In this document: positions 1 through 13,877 of the stretch, piece by piece
Position numbering within the stretch: position 1 is the first letter of the stretch
Layout of the letters: the number at the start of each line of letters is the position of its first letter
Source of the DNA: Felis catus
Lineage: Eukaryota
Direction of reading: 5' to 3'
DNA: 64,000 nt
NCBI RefSeq assembly: GCF_018350175.1
Contig: NC_058368.1
Coordinates: 107,510,001 to 107,574,000 of the forward strand
Position numbers and translations under genes: made by a program
The notes under the pieces: generated by a model
What the model saw: the letters and a program-made list of their open reading frames with translations, nothing else
Database searches by the model: none
What the model was told of the DNA's origin: nothing

Positions 1-458
1 TTCTCTCCTTGACCAAACTGTAGTCAGGTTCCTCTGAACTCTCTTTCTACTAGGTCACATCTGAGAGCATGTCTTCAAGAGCCCAGTTTTAGCAAGAATC
101 CTGCTAGGTCTTTTTAGGCTGAATTCCCACTTACAATATCTGTTCACCCTTAATTCCTCATCCCCTGCTATCTCCCAGGTTATGTGTGATCATAGTGGCT
201 TGCCTTCAGCTAGAATCCTATTTGGACAGTTTAGCCAGAATTCTCTCTTACCCCGATGTTTCCTCTTAATAACTTTCTATATGCCACACACTCTGCTCCT
301 TGACTAAAAATTCCCGCTTTTCCATCATGTATTTAGAGTTGAGCACATTTTCTCTCCCCTACTGAAAAACCCCACTGCAGTAGACCCTTTACCTATTGTG
401 ATAGTCCTGAGTAAAGTCTGCCTTTCCATTTTGGGGTCACAATAAGTTTTCTTTAACA
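1..458 (+). mobile_element. ERV1-class solo LTR (MER34/MER39-like), 5' part outside the window
   Basis: Repeated 'agcaagaatcctgct / tttagccagaat' motifs, an AGTAAA polyA-like signal, and a terminal '...ctttaaca' at 458. Confidence 0.6.
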
Positions 459-798
459 CCATCTATATAGGGTGAATTTTTGTAGTAATGTGTGTGATAA
501 GCAGTTTATGGTTATAAATTATAAAAATGTATTTCTTCTCCTCTTATACGCAGTGCCAGAGTTTCAAACAGACAATTTTCTTTAAGGGAAAATTAAAGTT
601 TACTACTAGACTATAGGTGTGGACCTTAAAGATCTCATTTTATAGTGGTGATCTTTTAATAGACATCTCAGTTTAGGTGGGCCCGAGGCTTGGTCTCCTA
701 ACCACTGAATTCTGAAATGCTTCAAAATTAAAGCTCGAATTAATTCATTTTGGTAATGTCCTTAAGGGTTAAAAAATCAGCTTTCATGTTCCGTTTAC

Positions 799-1148
799 CT
801 TTATCAGCTTCTGATTATTGCTTACTTTTTTGACAGTTCTCCAATGCATCTAAGATATTTAGCCTTTTTTAGTTATATACAATGGTCATATCTGTCCAGA
901 GAAAATGCCATACTGTTGGACAGGCATAAAAATGTCTTACCTTGGTAAAAGAAAATAGTTTTATTTTTTGAGTCTATACGTTTTACCCAAAATAGCAAAT
1001 GTGTGACTCTGTCTAGGTAATCTCTTATGTAAATACAATTCCATGTGGCTTGACTACTTACATATGTAGACCTTTGCTTTTGCACCTCAAACTGTATTTT
1101 TCTCTTTTCAGTGTTTGGTTTATTTTATTTCTTTTAATCAACTTCATC
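799..1148 (-). pseudogene. Candidate decayed coding exon H of an unnamed minus-strand gene
   Basis: Acceptor tgtttatgtcccttatattag|1148. Phase-0 frame reads DEVD*KK*NKPNTEKRKIQFEVQKQRSTYVSSQATWNCIYIRDYLDRVTHLLFWVKRIDSKNKTIFFYQ. Strong donor AAG|gtaagac at 941/940. Coding-like sequence continues after a 1-nt shift (...DMTIVYN*KRLNILDALENCQK) to a second donor AAG|gtaaac at 799/798. Confidence 0.5.
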
Positions 1149-1169
1149 CTAATATAAGGGACATAAACA

Positions 1170-1415
1170 GGCAGCAAAGAGAAGCAGTTACCAGCCCAAA
1201 TTCTGGAATCTTGGTTTTTCTACTTAATAGCTGTGAGATCTTGGGAAGTTATTTAATCTCTAGTTGCCTTGCTTTCTTCATTTGTAAGAAAGGAATAATA
1301 AAGATATTTAAGACATGGGGTTTTCCTGAGGATTAAGTGGGTTACTATGGTTAATGTGTTCACAACATTGCCTTGCACATATTAAGTGGTTTGTAAATAT
1401 GTAATATCATTATTA
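1170..1415 (+). mobile_element. MIR SINE
   Basis: MIR core 'tagctgtgagatcttgggaagttatttaatctct...ttcttcatttgtaa...gaggattaagtg'. Confidence 0.8.
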
Positions 1416-2189
1416 TAAAGAAAAGCATTTAAACCCCAAAGCATAATAGTCCTGATAGTCCTTCGGACTTAAAAGAAAAAATGTAAAATAGTAACTTAAA
1501 GAAAAGTTTAGACTTTATTATTCATGCCTTTTCTTCCCAGTAACAAACACAGTCAAAACTTAGCTATTAAAAACTATCTTGCAATTGTTTTTAGACTCTT
1601 TCCTGGCTCCTAACATAAAGAGGCAATATGTTTGGGTATTCAAGGTGCTTTTGGTGGTTATTTCATTATGGAACATCCAAATGTGGAGCTTGCTTTCAGA
1701 ACATCCCTATGATAATTACTAATGAAGCCTCAAATTTGCCATAACCCTTCAAGAAGTAAGAATAACACTGCTGTTGTTTGTGGATAGCTGTAATTTTCAT
1801 AAAGTTCTACTTCCTCCTGTATCATAAACAATCTCCATCTAACTTCTATGTCTTGTGTTTTGTCCTGCCACCTAAGTGATGTATCTACTCCATCTTCCTG
1901 TCAAAACGGAAACTACCACTTCCTCTACAAATAAATGTATCAAATATTTTAAAAGCTTTTTGGGAAAAATAAGTATTTAAATGTTAGCTCCCTTCTTTAA
2001 TTTTATTCTTTTTTAGAAAAATAAATCCTTCAGCTTATTCCCCCCTATCTTCTCTCCTTCCCTCTTTCCCTTACTTCCATCATAGCCTTCAGAAAATACA
2101 TATCATATGCCTTCAAGTCTTCCCTTCCTTACAGTTTTCCACAAAGCTTACCTTTATGAAATAGTTTCACAACTATTCACTGTTCTGTT

Positions 2190-4300
2190 TCTTTCAACAC
2201 TTCACTTTTCCAACTGCTATCTTTAAAATGTAGCTCAAAGTAGTGAAGAAAGTGCTCTTTTCATTTCCTCCATTGCCCTGGCTACCCTGGTGCTGATGCT
2301 ATAAACCTTCCTCAGTTTTTATGTACCAAATCCCACTTGGCTCACAATGAGCTTGAGGTCCTTCAAAATCCTCAAGGACTTTCTACATTAATTGCTTTAA
2401 TAAATGACTCCAACATTCATAATGCAGTTGTGCACTTGAAAATTTACCCTAAAACAGGAGTTTTATATTTATTCCTGTTAAATTATATCTTACTACTTTC
2501 TGGTCATAATTTGAGGCTATCAAGGTATCTCCTTGTTGATTTGACACTTCTTCCCATTATGTGCCAAACAGAAATTTGAAAAATCTGCCTTCCATTGTTT
2601 TGTCCACGTTATTGAGTACATTTTCCCATATCCCTTCACATATCCTTTTAGCATGCACCTCAGATACCAATCTGTTGATAAATATTACTTTCATTTATTT
2701 ATTCAATCCATTAGGTCTCCCCAAACTCTATCACTATGTGAAAACATTTTCTGTTCTTTCACTAAGGATGTATTAAAAGGCTTTATTAAATGCCATACAA
2801 AATTTTAAATTTATTTTATATACATGCTATTCATCTGATCTGCCAATTTGGAAACTATCCTCAAAAAACAAACTATTTTAATTTTCCATGACATTCTAAG
2901 TCAATTCATTCTTATTCCTAGAAAATGTATCTTTATTTAAATGTTCATGAGCCATCTGTACAAAAATCTTCTCTAGAATTTTGCCAAAGTATATTTTAGA
3001 TGCATTTAACTGTAGCATATAAAATTCCTTTTTCCATGTCTGAAAATCTGGAACAACATGTGCTAGTGTTTAGATATCTGGCACTCTCTTATAGTCAGTG
3101 GGTTCCCAAAACTTTCTGAAAAGGCTTTACGTTATCTTGATGTCTGATGAATTTATTTTCTCAGCACCCTGTAACTTATTTCCTCTGAATGCAGGTGCTT
3201 TGAATTCATTTAGAAAGATGCATTACTTCACTGTCTTATTTGGTATCTCACTTGGTGATCACTTTATAATGTTGGTAGTATCTGTCCTACTCCTTCCAAT
3301 GTGAATGTAATTCTGGTAGATGGAGAAGATAGAAGCGGACACAGCTTGTGTAATACTATTTCTTTTTTTCTCATCTTTCATTACTGACTTAATGAAAAAT
3401 TGAGTTGGTTCCTTGTATTTTTTTTCATTCACTCATATATTTTGAAATTGTTTTTAGTCTTCTTAATTTTCTTTATTTTTAAGCTTCAATAAAACGTTGT
3501 GACTGTTGGTCTAGTGAATTACATCTTTTAACATTGGTAATGCTCTTTGATCATGTGCCCTTATTTCCTAATTCTTTAAATCATAGTCTTTCAGTAGGTT
3601 TTTTATTTGGGCAAATTTTTTATTAATTGGCTCCTTCTTGTCCTCATCTATATTTTATAAAACTTTATTTGAAGACCTTACCGTCTTCAGTCAGAATACA
3701 CTTTAGAGTTTCTAGTTGTGAGACAAAACATAGCTTTTCTCATATTAAAAATTAATCTGATTTCTTAAAGTCTGGTGTGCATGTATCTATCTGAATGTGT
3801 TAATTACTCAGTTCTCGTATTGTTAGAATAATCAAAATTCTATTTTCATTTTCTCCCAAACTTTCTATTACTTCTGTACTATTTGTCATTTCTTTTTTAA
3901 CTCCAGAAACAAGTCAAGGTTAACAATAACCCCTGCTCCTTATTCTAACTTCTATAATCACTTTTAGTAGATGATTACCATTAGAGGTTTAGATAGTTGA
4001 TATTTTTTAATCACTGAATATTTTGCTGCTATAATGATCCATATTCTTTATGTATCTAGAATATCTGTAGCATATTTATTTCTCCTGAAATACTGCTTTT
4101 TTCTTCCTTGGTGTTAACTTGTATGTAGACTGTCAGCCTCCACCCTTAGTCCATCCCACAACTCTTGAATTTTTGTACAAATAAATGCAATTATTTTTAA
4201 CCCCTAAATGCCAGTTTGTTTCTTATTCTCATGTGAAGGCCATAAATAATGCTCAGAAGTCTCAGATTTACTCATAAGAACAAATAAATTATTTTTTTAA
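2190..4300 (-). mobile_element. Ancient CR1/L3 LINE, ORF2 (EN-RT) relic
   Basis: Minus-strand remnants of CR1 motifs in the expected order: LNEFKAP..RVL (3213-3161, cf. LNEFKSPGPD..PRVL), GKILE (2985-2971), SCQTNLISFFD-like (~2895-2840), WAPHFKK-like (~2240-2221). Confidence 0.7.
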
Positions 4301-4427
4301 AGCTTTTTCTACCATCTACACTGTGTGCAATAAAACATATGTATATGAAATCATCTATCTTTGACATGTATTGTGTGTGTATTTACAGTGTCATAGATAT
4401 ATGATTGTATGTGTTGTGTGTGGATAT

Positions 4428-4431
<4 letters not shown>

Positions 4432-4458
<27 letters not shown>

Positions 4459-4470
4459 TACGCACACACA
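4432..4470. repeat. (CA)n microsatellite
   Basis: Directly visible. Confidence 0.95.
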
Positions 4471-4834
4471 GCACGTGTATAACATATGCACATATGTAAG
4501 TATTGTTCCTGACCGCCATCTTTAGTTCCCCCCTGGCGATTACTGAAATATTTTCCACACTCTTTTCTTCCTGTTTACAATACAACTTTGTCCTACATAG
4601 TATATGGGTGTCTAATGTAATTTAGTATTGTAGTCTTCTCTTGGTTTCAAAGCTCACTTCAGTGCTTTGATAAATTCTATTGCCTACCAAAAACATTCAT
4701 GCTAATTTCCTAGAGAGTACCTTGCTTCTTGGTGATAGCCCACCATCTAATATTCTGACCCTCATCTATGAAATAAGCTTTTCTACAGTGTCAAGTATGT
4801 TAAATTTTGAATTAAACAGTTTGGAAATTATTAC

Positions 4835-5030
4835 TTCAGCAAACATGTAATAGGTTCTGGGGTTGAAGTGGTATCAAGACTAACATCATTCTTGTCCTTA
4901 TGGAACTCACACTTCTGTGAGCGTGACAGCTAGCAAATGACTAAATAAAAAAATTATCGAATGTTACCAGAGCTTTAAAGGAAGTACGCAAAGTTATGTG
5001 AAAGGGAGTAAATGAAAAAGGGGAGACTCT
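4835..5030 (-). mobile_element. L2 3' fragment
   Basis: 'ttcagcaaacat...cttgtccttatggaactcacacttc' matches the reverse complement of an L2 3' end. Confidence 0.55.
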
Positions 5031-5089
5031 GTTAGTTATGTGACTGCCAGAATAGATGTCAAGTTGAAGAAAAGATAAAAACAAAATTA

Positions 5090-5822
5090 ACGTTTTTGTT
5101 CTACTCTGTTTCCTTTCTGTGTTTTTAAGAGACTCGAGATATATTCATTCCCATGTGAGTCAGCTGAAGTCAGTGGATTTGAAATTTTTTAGGAAGGTTT
5201 TTGAATACATTAATATTCAAGGGTGAGATGTGCAGAGGCCTGGACCCAACTTGATTCTGGACATGCTGATTGGTGTGTTAACCTTGGCTCTGGGCATAGG
5301 TGTCTGGTGGTGATGGGCTTGCTGTTTTGGGAGACATAGAGTTCTGCCTTGCCTTGGACTTGCAGTGTGACTCTTTTCCCCTCTTATGCTATATCAAGGT
5401 GATGAGCTCAGTTGCAAATAAATCATTTTTTGTTGTTAAGAAACCTAAAACTTTGAAGATAACGACCGCCATTGTTAGTTCTCTCTTCTTCCATGTCTGT
5501 TTATAGACTCACTAAAAATGAAAACCCTTCTTTTCTCTATGGGGCTGTTAAAAGGATGCAACCATTTTTATTTGGGACTGTTTATTCATCTTAAAGTTAT
5601 ACTGGATATTTGTTGTTGTTATTTCCTCAGAACATCCAGCTTTATTGTTCTTTTCAATGGGTAAAAAATATAGCTCAAAAGGGTTTTTATCTTCCTCCTT
5701 TTTCTTCATTATGTGATTTGATTTATCAGCCTCTTGACACTGGTTTTGGTTTTCTTCTTTATTTTTAGATTCTTTGTTTTTGTAAAAATCTCTTTTATCT
5801 TGCCTAGTAAAACTCTTTATCT
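5090..5822 (-). pseudogene. Candidate large exon G of the minus-strand gene (3' boundary uncertain)
   Basis: Good acceptor tcctttacttcttaacag|5822. Only the phase-1 frame is open, for ~90 codons (E-IKSFTRQDKRDFYKNKESKNKEEN...KMVASF*, stop at 5548). Interrupted coding-like sequence follows (HKRGKESHCKSKARQNSMSPKTASPSPPD...PLHISPLNINVFKNL). Confidence 0.5.
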
Positions 5823-7820
5823 CTGTTAAGAAGTAAAGGATACATAGGTGTTTCTCAAGATTACTAATGATATTCACAGGCATAGTGATTCCCATCGCAG
5901 TCCCCTATGGGAGGCTTACAGAGAAACATCTCCTCCTGTGCTTCTATGTATTCCACTCCTCCAGAGAAAACCAAATGACTGACCCAGCACTGAAATGGGT
6001 CATTCAATTCCAGTCAAGTGGTCTTTTCAGCATACAACAGGATGAAATAGAGATTTGGTTAAGTTTCCAGTTTCTCAGCATGTGTACTGACCGTTGGTGG
6101 TTAAGAACCCCCAAACCCACTTTGAGTTTGTATTCTGAGTACATAGACACATTGATTAAATAAAATGGGTGATTTCCACACTTCATCTATTTTGAGAAAC
6201 ATGGGAAAAAGGCAAAAAAGGATCCAATATGTAATAATTAAAAGAATAAAGTTGAGCATCTGATGAAAGTTTTGAAATTATGATCAACATATTATGTCAG
6301 TGTGTGCATTCAAGCAGTTAAAATGGTTTTAAATTAAAAGCCTTGTATCTTTAAGATACCAACTTCTTTATATTTTTTATTCTTTACACAGCATATTTGT
6401 TAAATATTCCTGAACGTAGTTGTGTCATGTGGAACTGTGCATATCAAACCTCACAGCCACAGTGATTTTTCCCAGTTTATCAACCTTTTAGAGAATTAAT
6501 TCAAAATTGAACTCTTTATGATATTTTAGGAGTGGAAATATGAAGTTCTGTAGACGCTAAGATGACCATTTCTCCCTTACAGTAGGCACTGGGTGCATTT
6601 ATCTTTTTATGGATTTGTAGATTAGGCATAAAATTTTGATGGCTATGGTATATTTTTGCTATGATGTGTATTATTTTCAAGCTTGTGTTTATAGCCTAGT
6701 TGATTTTTAGGGAATTTTAATCATAAATACAATCTTCAGTGAAATAATAAATGACATTATCTACTCTTGACAGATTAATAATATAAAGTTTAATGTTTGC
6801 CACTATGAACATAGGAAAAATAAATTTAGTTAACACATTAAAACTGTATTTTGAAAATTAATCAGTTACTTTTGCCTAGAGCTTTTCCATGTTTTCTGAA
6901 AATCAGGCATTGTAACAAGCAAATATATGCCTGAAACAAATTGACTTATTTATTTTGCAAGCTATTATCTCTTCAAATTCTCCCATTTTAGAATATAAAA
7001 ACAGCAGAACAGAGTGACTAGTGTTCAAACTAGGTGAATGTCAGGGTACTCACTGGAAAAGACAGGATGACTAAAAAGTCTTCTCTCATTTTGGAAGGCA
7101 CAATATGCAGGCAGCCTTTTATGGGTCAATCTTTGCTAGTATGTAAAGATAGCTTTTGTGAACTCTATTTTCTTAGTTCTCCTTTACTGAGCTTAATTCT
7201 ACCAGAAAGAACATGGTTCCTTTGAGTTTAAATGTACAAAAGTATTAGGATCACTGGGCCAATGGGTACATTGAAATTTGAAGTTTCTTCTTGAGTACTA
7301 TAGTTTTCTCAATATTGAATTGTCAGTAAACAACCACATATTCATATTAAGCTCTATAATGTTTTATTGTGTAACTAATTAATGATACATGTCCATTAGG
7401 AATATTAGAAAATATGCTGTAAGCAAAGTGAAAAATTCAAACATTCATATTACTACCAACCAGAGATAACATTTTGATGTATATTCTTTCTATTTTTTGA
7501 AATACAATTTTGAATTTTTATCTTAACCTGTTTTTTTCTTTATTCTCATTCTCTGCTCTTTCTCCTTCACTAAAAATAGCTCTTTCATAATACAGAGATA
7601 TCTTTTAAAAAACCATTTAAATGCAGGTCAAAAAATGATGTTTAATGGCTAATGATAGAATTTAAACAAATTTTAAAGCTGAGAATTTTAAAATGAGAAC
7701 GGTTCATTGAAAAATACTTAAGAATTACTCTTCAGAAACTTCCTAGAAACAGTAGCCAATGAAAAGTCCAAGCATGCAACATATTCTGTAGTCATATTTG
7801 ATTCAGTAATTTTAGGAAAC

Positions 7821-8119
7821 CTTTCTGAAATTGATTTAAGTCTTTAATACTTCAGGGTCCATCAAAATGCTGCTGCTGCTGATGTTGATAATGGTAACAG
7901 ATTGTTCTCAGTTCCACCAGGCATGATATATAAACTTATGGTATGTTTATTTCACTTACACAAAATAAATACATTCCTTTGTAATGTAATAATCACTATG
8001 GGGGCCTACACTGCTGACATAGTTCACAAAATGTTTTTTGACCCAGAAGGTGAAATAGCCAATAAGCCTAATTTGTGCTCCACTGACCAAATTGCTTTGT
8101 GAATATTCAGTTGATTTCC
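7821..8119 (-). pseudogene. Possible heavily decayed exon F
   Basis: Open stretch KSTEYSQSNLVSGAQIRLIGYFTFWVKKHFVNYVSSVGPHSDYYITKECIYF, then a shifted frame VYISCLVELRTICYHYQHQQQQHFDGP*SIKDLNQFQK ending AAAG|gt in phase 1, which matches exon G. Splice sites are weak. Confidence 0.3.
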
Positions 8120-8199
8120 TCAAATGTCAGAAAGCATGATGAATTATCCAAATTATGAAAAAATGAACACATCTGTGCAGTTATAAACTAGATTTTAAA

Positions 8200-11100
8200 G
8201 TAGAACATTATCTCCACTGCACAAACCTTTCAACATTCTTTCCCATTCACTAACAACCCTTCTCCATTCTTTAGTCATATTCTGGCATTCTGCCCTCTGA
8301 CCCCAGAGATTAGCCCTAAACTTTATGTAGATAAAATCATACAGTTTGTAGTTTTTAATTTGTGGCTCTTACTTCTTTTGCTCATATTGTATGTGCAAGT
8401 TTTTTCCACATTGCTCCACATGGAAGTAGTCTATTCATTTTCTTCACTGGATCATATTCCATCATATGAATATGCCACAAGTTATTCATTCAAGTATGAG
8501 TAATACTGCTCTTAACATTCTGGTTTATGCCTTTTTACCTGCACATGTACCCATTTGTTCTGGCTTTTTACTTGTGATCCACATTGTTGGCCTGTAGGTT
8601 ACACTATATGCTCAACTTTAGATTCTGCCAAATAGAATTGATGGTTTAACAAGAACCACATGATCCTCTTAATAGATGCAGAGAAAGCATTTGACAAAAT
8701 ACAGTATGCTTTCTTGATAAAAAACCCTCAAGAAAGTAGGGATAGAAGGATCATACCTCAAGATCAAAAAAGCAATATATGAAAGACCCACCGCTGATAT
8801 CATCCTTAGTGGGGAAAAACTGAGAGCTTTCCCCCTAAGATCAGAAACACGATCAGGATCTCCACTCTTGCCACTGTTATTCACCATATATTGGAAGTCC
8901 TAGCCTCAGCATTTAGACAACACAAAGGAATAAAGTCATCCAAATCATCAAGGAGGAAGTCAAACTTTCAATCTTTGCAGGTGACTTGATACTCTATATG
9001 GAAAACCCAAAAGATTCCACCAAAAAATGGCTAGACCTGATCCATGAATTCATCAAAGTTGCAGGATATAAAATCAGTGCACAGAAATCAATTGCATTTC
9101 TATACGCCAATAATGAAGCCACAGAAAGAGAAATCCCATTTACAATTGCACCAAAACCCATAAAACACCTAAGAATAAACCTAACCAAAGAGGTAAAAAC
9201 TCTATACCCTGAAAACTGTAGAAAGTCTATGAAAGAAATTGAAGACACACAAAAAAAGAAAAATATTCCATGCTCATGGATTGAAAGAACAAATATTGCT
9301 AAAATGTCAGTACTACCCAAAGCAATCTACATATATAATGCAATTCCTATCAAAACAAAACAAACAAATAAACAAAAACAGCGTCTGCACAGAGCTAGAA
9401 CAAAGAATCCTAAAATTTGTATGGAACCAGAAAAGACCCTGAATACCTGAAGCAATCCTGAAAAAGAAAACCAAAGCAGGAGGCATCACAGTCCCGGACT
9501 TTAAGCTTTATTACAAAGTTGTAATCATCAAGACAGTATGGTACAGGCACAAAAAACAGACACTCAGATCACTGGAACAGAATAGAGAACCCCGGAATGG
9601 ACCTACAAACGTATGGCCAGCACATCTTTGACAAAGCAGGAAAGAATTTCCAGTGGAATAAAGACAGTCTCTTCAGCAATTGGTGCTGGGGAAACTGGAC
9701 AGCAACATGAAGGTGAATGAACCTGGACCACTTTCTTACACCATACACAAAAATAATGGCAAAATGGATGAAACATAAGACAGGAAGCCATCAAAATCCT
9801 AGAGGAGAAATCAGGCAACAACCTCTTTGACCTCGGCCACAGCAACTTCTTACTTAACACATCTCTGGATGCAAGGAAAACAAAAGCAAAAATGAACGAC
9901 AGGGACCTCATCCAGATAAAAAGCTTCTGCACAGTGAAGGCAACAATCAGCAAAACTAAAAGGCAGCCGACAGAATAGGAGAAGATATTTGCAAATGACA
10001 TATCAGATAAAGGGTTAGTATGCAAAATCTGTAAAGAACTTAGCAAACTCAACACCCAAAAAACAAATAATCCAGTGAAGAAATGGGCAAAAGACATGAA
10101 TAGACCCATTTCAAAAGAAGACATCTAGATGGCCAACCGACACATGAAAAAGTACTGAACATCACTCATCATTAGGGAAATACAAATCAAAACCACAATG
10201 AGATACCACCTCACAGCAGTCAGAATGGCTAACATTAACAACTCAGACAACAACTGATGTTGGCAAGGATATGGAGAAAAGGGAACTCTTTTGCACTGCT
10301 GATGGGAATGTAAACTGGTGCAGCCACCTGGAAAATGGTATGGAAGTTCCTTAAAAAATTAAAAATAGAACTATCCTATGACCCAGCAATTGTACTACTA
10401 GATATTTATCTCAGGGATACAGGTGTGCTGTTTCAAAGGGACACATGCACCCCCAGTGTTTATAGCAGCGCTATCTACAATAGCCAAAGTATGGAAAGAG
10501 CCCAAATGCCCATCAACAGATGAATGGATAAAGAAGATGTGGTATGTATATACAATGGAGTATTATTCAACAATCAAAAAGAATGAAATATTGCCATTTG
10601 CAACACCGTGAATGGAACTAGAGAGTATTATGCTAAGCAAAATTAGAGAAAGACAAATATCACATGACTTCACTCATATTTGGAGTTTAAAATATAGAAC
10701 AGATGAACATAAAGGAAGGGAAGTAAAAATAATATAAAAACAAGACATAAGACTCTTTAAAATATAGAGAAGCAACAGAGGGTTGCCTAAGGGGTTGTGG
10801 GTGGGGAGATGGCTAAATAGGCAAGGGGCATTAAGGAAGACAATTGTTGGGATGAGTGCTATATGTGGGAGAAGAATCAATCACTGGATTCTACTGAAAT
10901 CATTATTGCACTTTATGGTAAGTAACTTGGATGTAAATAAAATAAATTTTAAAAATAATGTTTAATTGTACTAATTTATACTTCTAACAGCAGTGTAGGA
11001 ATGTCTCAGTTGCTTGGCATGTTTACTAATTTTGTGATTACTTTAAAACTAATAGCCATCATGGTGTGGGTAAAGTGGTATTTCATTTGGATTTTAACTA

Positions 11101-11880
11101 TAATTCTGGATGACTAACAAGGTTGAGCACCCTATCATATGTTTATTGGCCATTTGGTCATATTCTTTTGTGAAGTGCCTCTTCAAATGTTATCTTGTTC
11201 TTCTGTTGGGTTGTCTTTCTTTTTTTCATATTGGTCTACAAGAGTTGTTTATATATAGTTGGATGAAAGATTATTGTGGGTTTTATATGTTTTGAAAATA
11301 TCTTCTCTTTCATTCTGCAGCTTGACTTTTCACTTTCTTAAGGGTGGCCTTTAATAAACTGATTTCCCTAATTTTAATGTAGTTGAGTTTATCAATCATG
11401 ATTGCTGTCTGTTCTGTGTTGTGACATATTTTAGAAAATTTTGGTTATATAAAGACCAGTAAGATATTTGTCTTATTTCCTAGATATATCATTGTTTTAT
11501 CTTTCATAATTAGATTTATAATTCCCTTGAAGTTGACTTTTATTTATAGTATGAGGGGGTAATGTTTAGTTTTTCATTACATTTGAATATACACTTGACC
11601 CAGGCTTTTTTTTTTTTGCTCCACTGCCCTGCTCTTCAGAGTCACCTTTGCCACTACTTAAGTATTTATAAATATGTTAATCATCAGAATCTGTTCTCTT
11701 CCATTGGACACTTTGTCCTTATTCTTTTATTCTATTCTTACAAAGAATGTGACTTTACTATAAGAGTTCCTATTCAGTAGTATAAATCTCTAATTTTGTT
11801 CTCCTTCAGGACTGCCTTTGCTATCCTTAGCTCTTGGTATTTCCATATAAATTTTAGAAACTGCATGTTAGTTTTTTAAT
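8200..11880 (-). mobile_element. Old L1M (L1ME/MD-like) 3' region, split by a younger L1 at 8651-10955
   Basis: Antisense L1 3' end/ORF2 C-terminal sequence at 8200-8650 resumes colinearly at ~10960 ('ttgtactaatttatacttctaacagcagtg'). Confidence 0.75.
8651..10955 (+). mobile_element. 5'-truncated carnivoran L1 (RT to 3'UTR/polyA)
   Basis: Starts at [21 protein letters not shown]2 fragments ([30 protein letters not shown]), G-rich 3'UTR and A-rich tail. Many frameshifts. Confidence 0.95.
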
Positions 11881-13660
11881 GTAATGGTGTTAAGTCTATA
11901 GATCAGTTATGAGAGATTTTAGTCTTGAATTTTTTATTTCATGAACAAGATGGTTTATCAGGAAAAGGCCAAAAACATCACCTTGCATAATTTTCTGGGT
12001 AATCATCCTCTTTTCTACACTGTTCAGGGAGTGCATGAAGTTCCTGTGCCAAAGACTAGGGAGCTGAGTGAAGCCATTTCCACCCCTCTTGCACATGCGC
12101 ACATGCACACTGATCCACGACAGTGAGCTAAGCAGTGCCACCTAGTGGAGAACAAAGCCAGTATACCAAGCTTTGCACAAATGCACCCTCCAAGCACATC
12201 CCCCAGAAGACCAGCACAAGTCCCTCCACCTGCTTAGTGTAGGGAATTTTGAGTGCTTCATAGTTTGACTTCTAGGGGAAACTGAATGTAACTACATTTG
12301 GGTGTCATTCTGTTTGCTGGCTCATTTATTTATTTCTTTTCTTTGCTTCTCTTTTTGCTTAAATCGTTTTCTTTTTTATTTTTCATTCTTGGATACGTAA
12401 AGAGAAAAATTGTTTTTTATTTTTATACTTAATTAAAAAAGTTTTATTCTATTTCATTTTCTTTATTTTATTTAACTCTATTATATAATTTTTTTAGTTT
12501 TAAAAATTGTTCTTTTTTTTTTCTTTCCTTTCCCTTTTTTCTCTATCCTAGCAGGCTTCTTTCAACAAGCAGACCAAAACACACCTAGGATCTAGCTTCC
12601 TTTATTTAATTTTTTTGTTTTGTTTTTAATTTTTAATTTATATTTTATTAATTTTTTTCCCTCCAAAATGACAAAATTAAGGAATTTAGCCCAAAAGAAA
12701 GAACAGGAAGAAATAGTAGTCAGGGGCTTAATCAACACAGGTATAAGTAAGATGTGTGAACTAGAATTTAGAACCACAATAATAAAAATACCAGATGGGT
12801 TTGAAAAAAGCATAGAATCATTTTCTGCAGAGATAAAAGAAGTAAAATCTAGTCAGGATGAAATTAAAAATGCTATAACTGAGAGGCAATCTCGAATGCA
12901 TTTCATGGCAGCAAGGATGGATGAAGCAGAGCATAGAACCAGCAATATAGAAGACAAAATTATGGAGAATCATGAAGAATAAAAGGAAACTAAGGCAAAA
13001 GAGAATGATATAAGAAGTAGAGAATTAAGTGACTCATTAAAAAGGAATATCATCCAAATCATAGGAGTACAAGAAGATGAAGAGAGAGAGAAAAAGGTTT
13101 ATGTGAGCAAATCATAGCAGAAAACTCCCCTAACCTGGGGAAAGACACAGGCATAAAAATCCAAGAAATAAAGAGAGCTCCCACTAGATTCAACAAAAAC
13201 CAACCATCAACAAGACATATCATAGTCAAATTCACAAAATACACAGACAAGGAATGAATTATTAAAGCAGCAAGGGGAAAAAACTCATTAACCTATAATG
13301 GAAGAAAGATTCCCAGCAGACCTATCCACAGAAACTTGGCATGCCAGAAAGGAGTGGCATAATGTGCTGAATCAGAACAAAATGCAGTCAAGAATTCATT
13401 ATCCTGCAAGGCTGTCATTCAAAAGAGGAGAGATAAAGAATTTCCCATAGCCCTGCAAGAAGTTTTAAGGTGGAGTTTGGGTGGAGAAAAAAGGAACAAA
13501 GCAAAAAACAACAAAATAACAAAGAAATGACTAGAAGGGACCAGAGAACATCACCAGAATCAAAGAAAGACTAGAAAGGACCAGAGAACATAACCAGTAA
13601 CACCAACTCTACAAGCAACACAATGGCGCTAAATTCATATCTTTCAGTACTCACTCTAAA

Positions 13661-13877
13661 ATTTTTTTAATGTGTATTTATTTTTGGGAGAGAGAGAGAA
13701 AGAGTCTCTCTGTGAGTGGGGGAGGAGAAGAGAAAGAGGGAGACACAGAGTCTGAAGCAGGCTCCAGGCTCTGAGCTATCAGCACATAGCCCGACGCAGG
13801 GCTCAAACCCACAAACCATGAGATCATGACCTGAGCTAAAGTCAAACGCTTAACCAACTGAGCCACCCAGGTGCCCC
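13661..13877 (-). mobile_element. CanSINE (SINEC_Fc-like) inserted at the start of L1 ORF2
   Basis: tRNA-derived head. TSD tttcagtactcactctaaa at 13642-13660 and 13879-13897. Confidence 0.95.

Noticed and set aside
7856..7940. Plus-strand exon ttcag|GGTCC...ATG|gtatgt
   Set aside because: Plausible splice sites but no partner plus-strand coding exons. A non-coding exon cannot be excluded.
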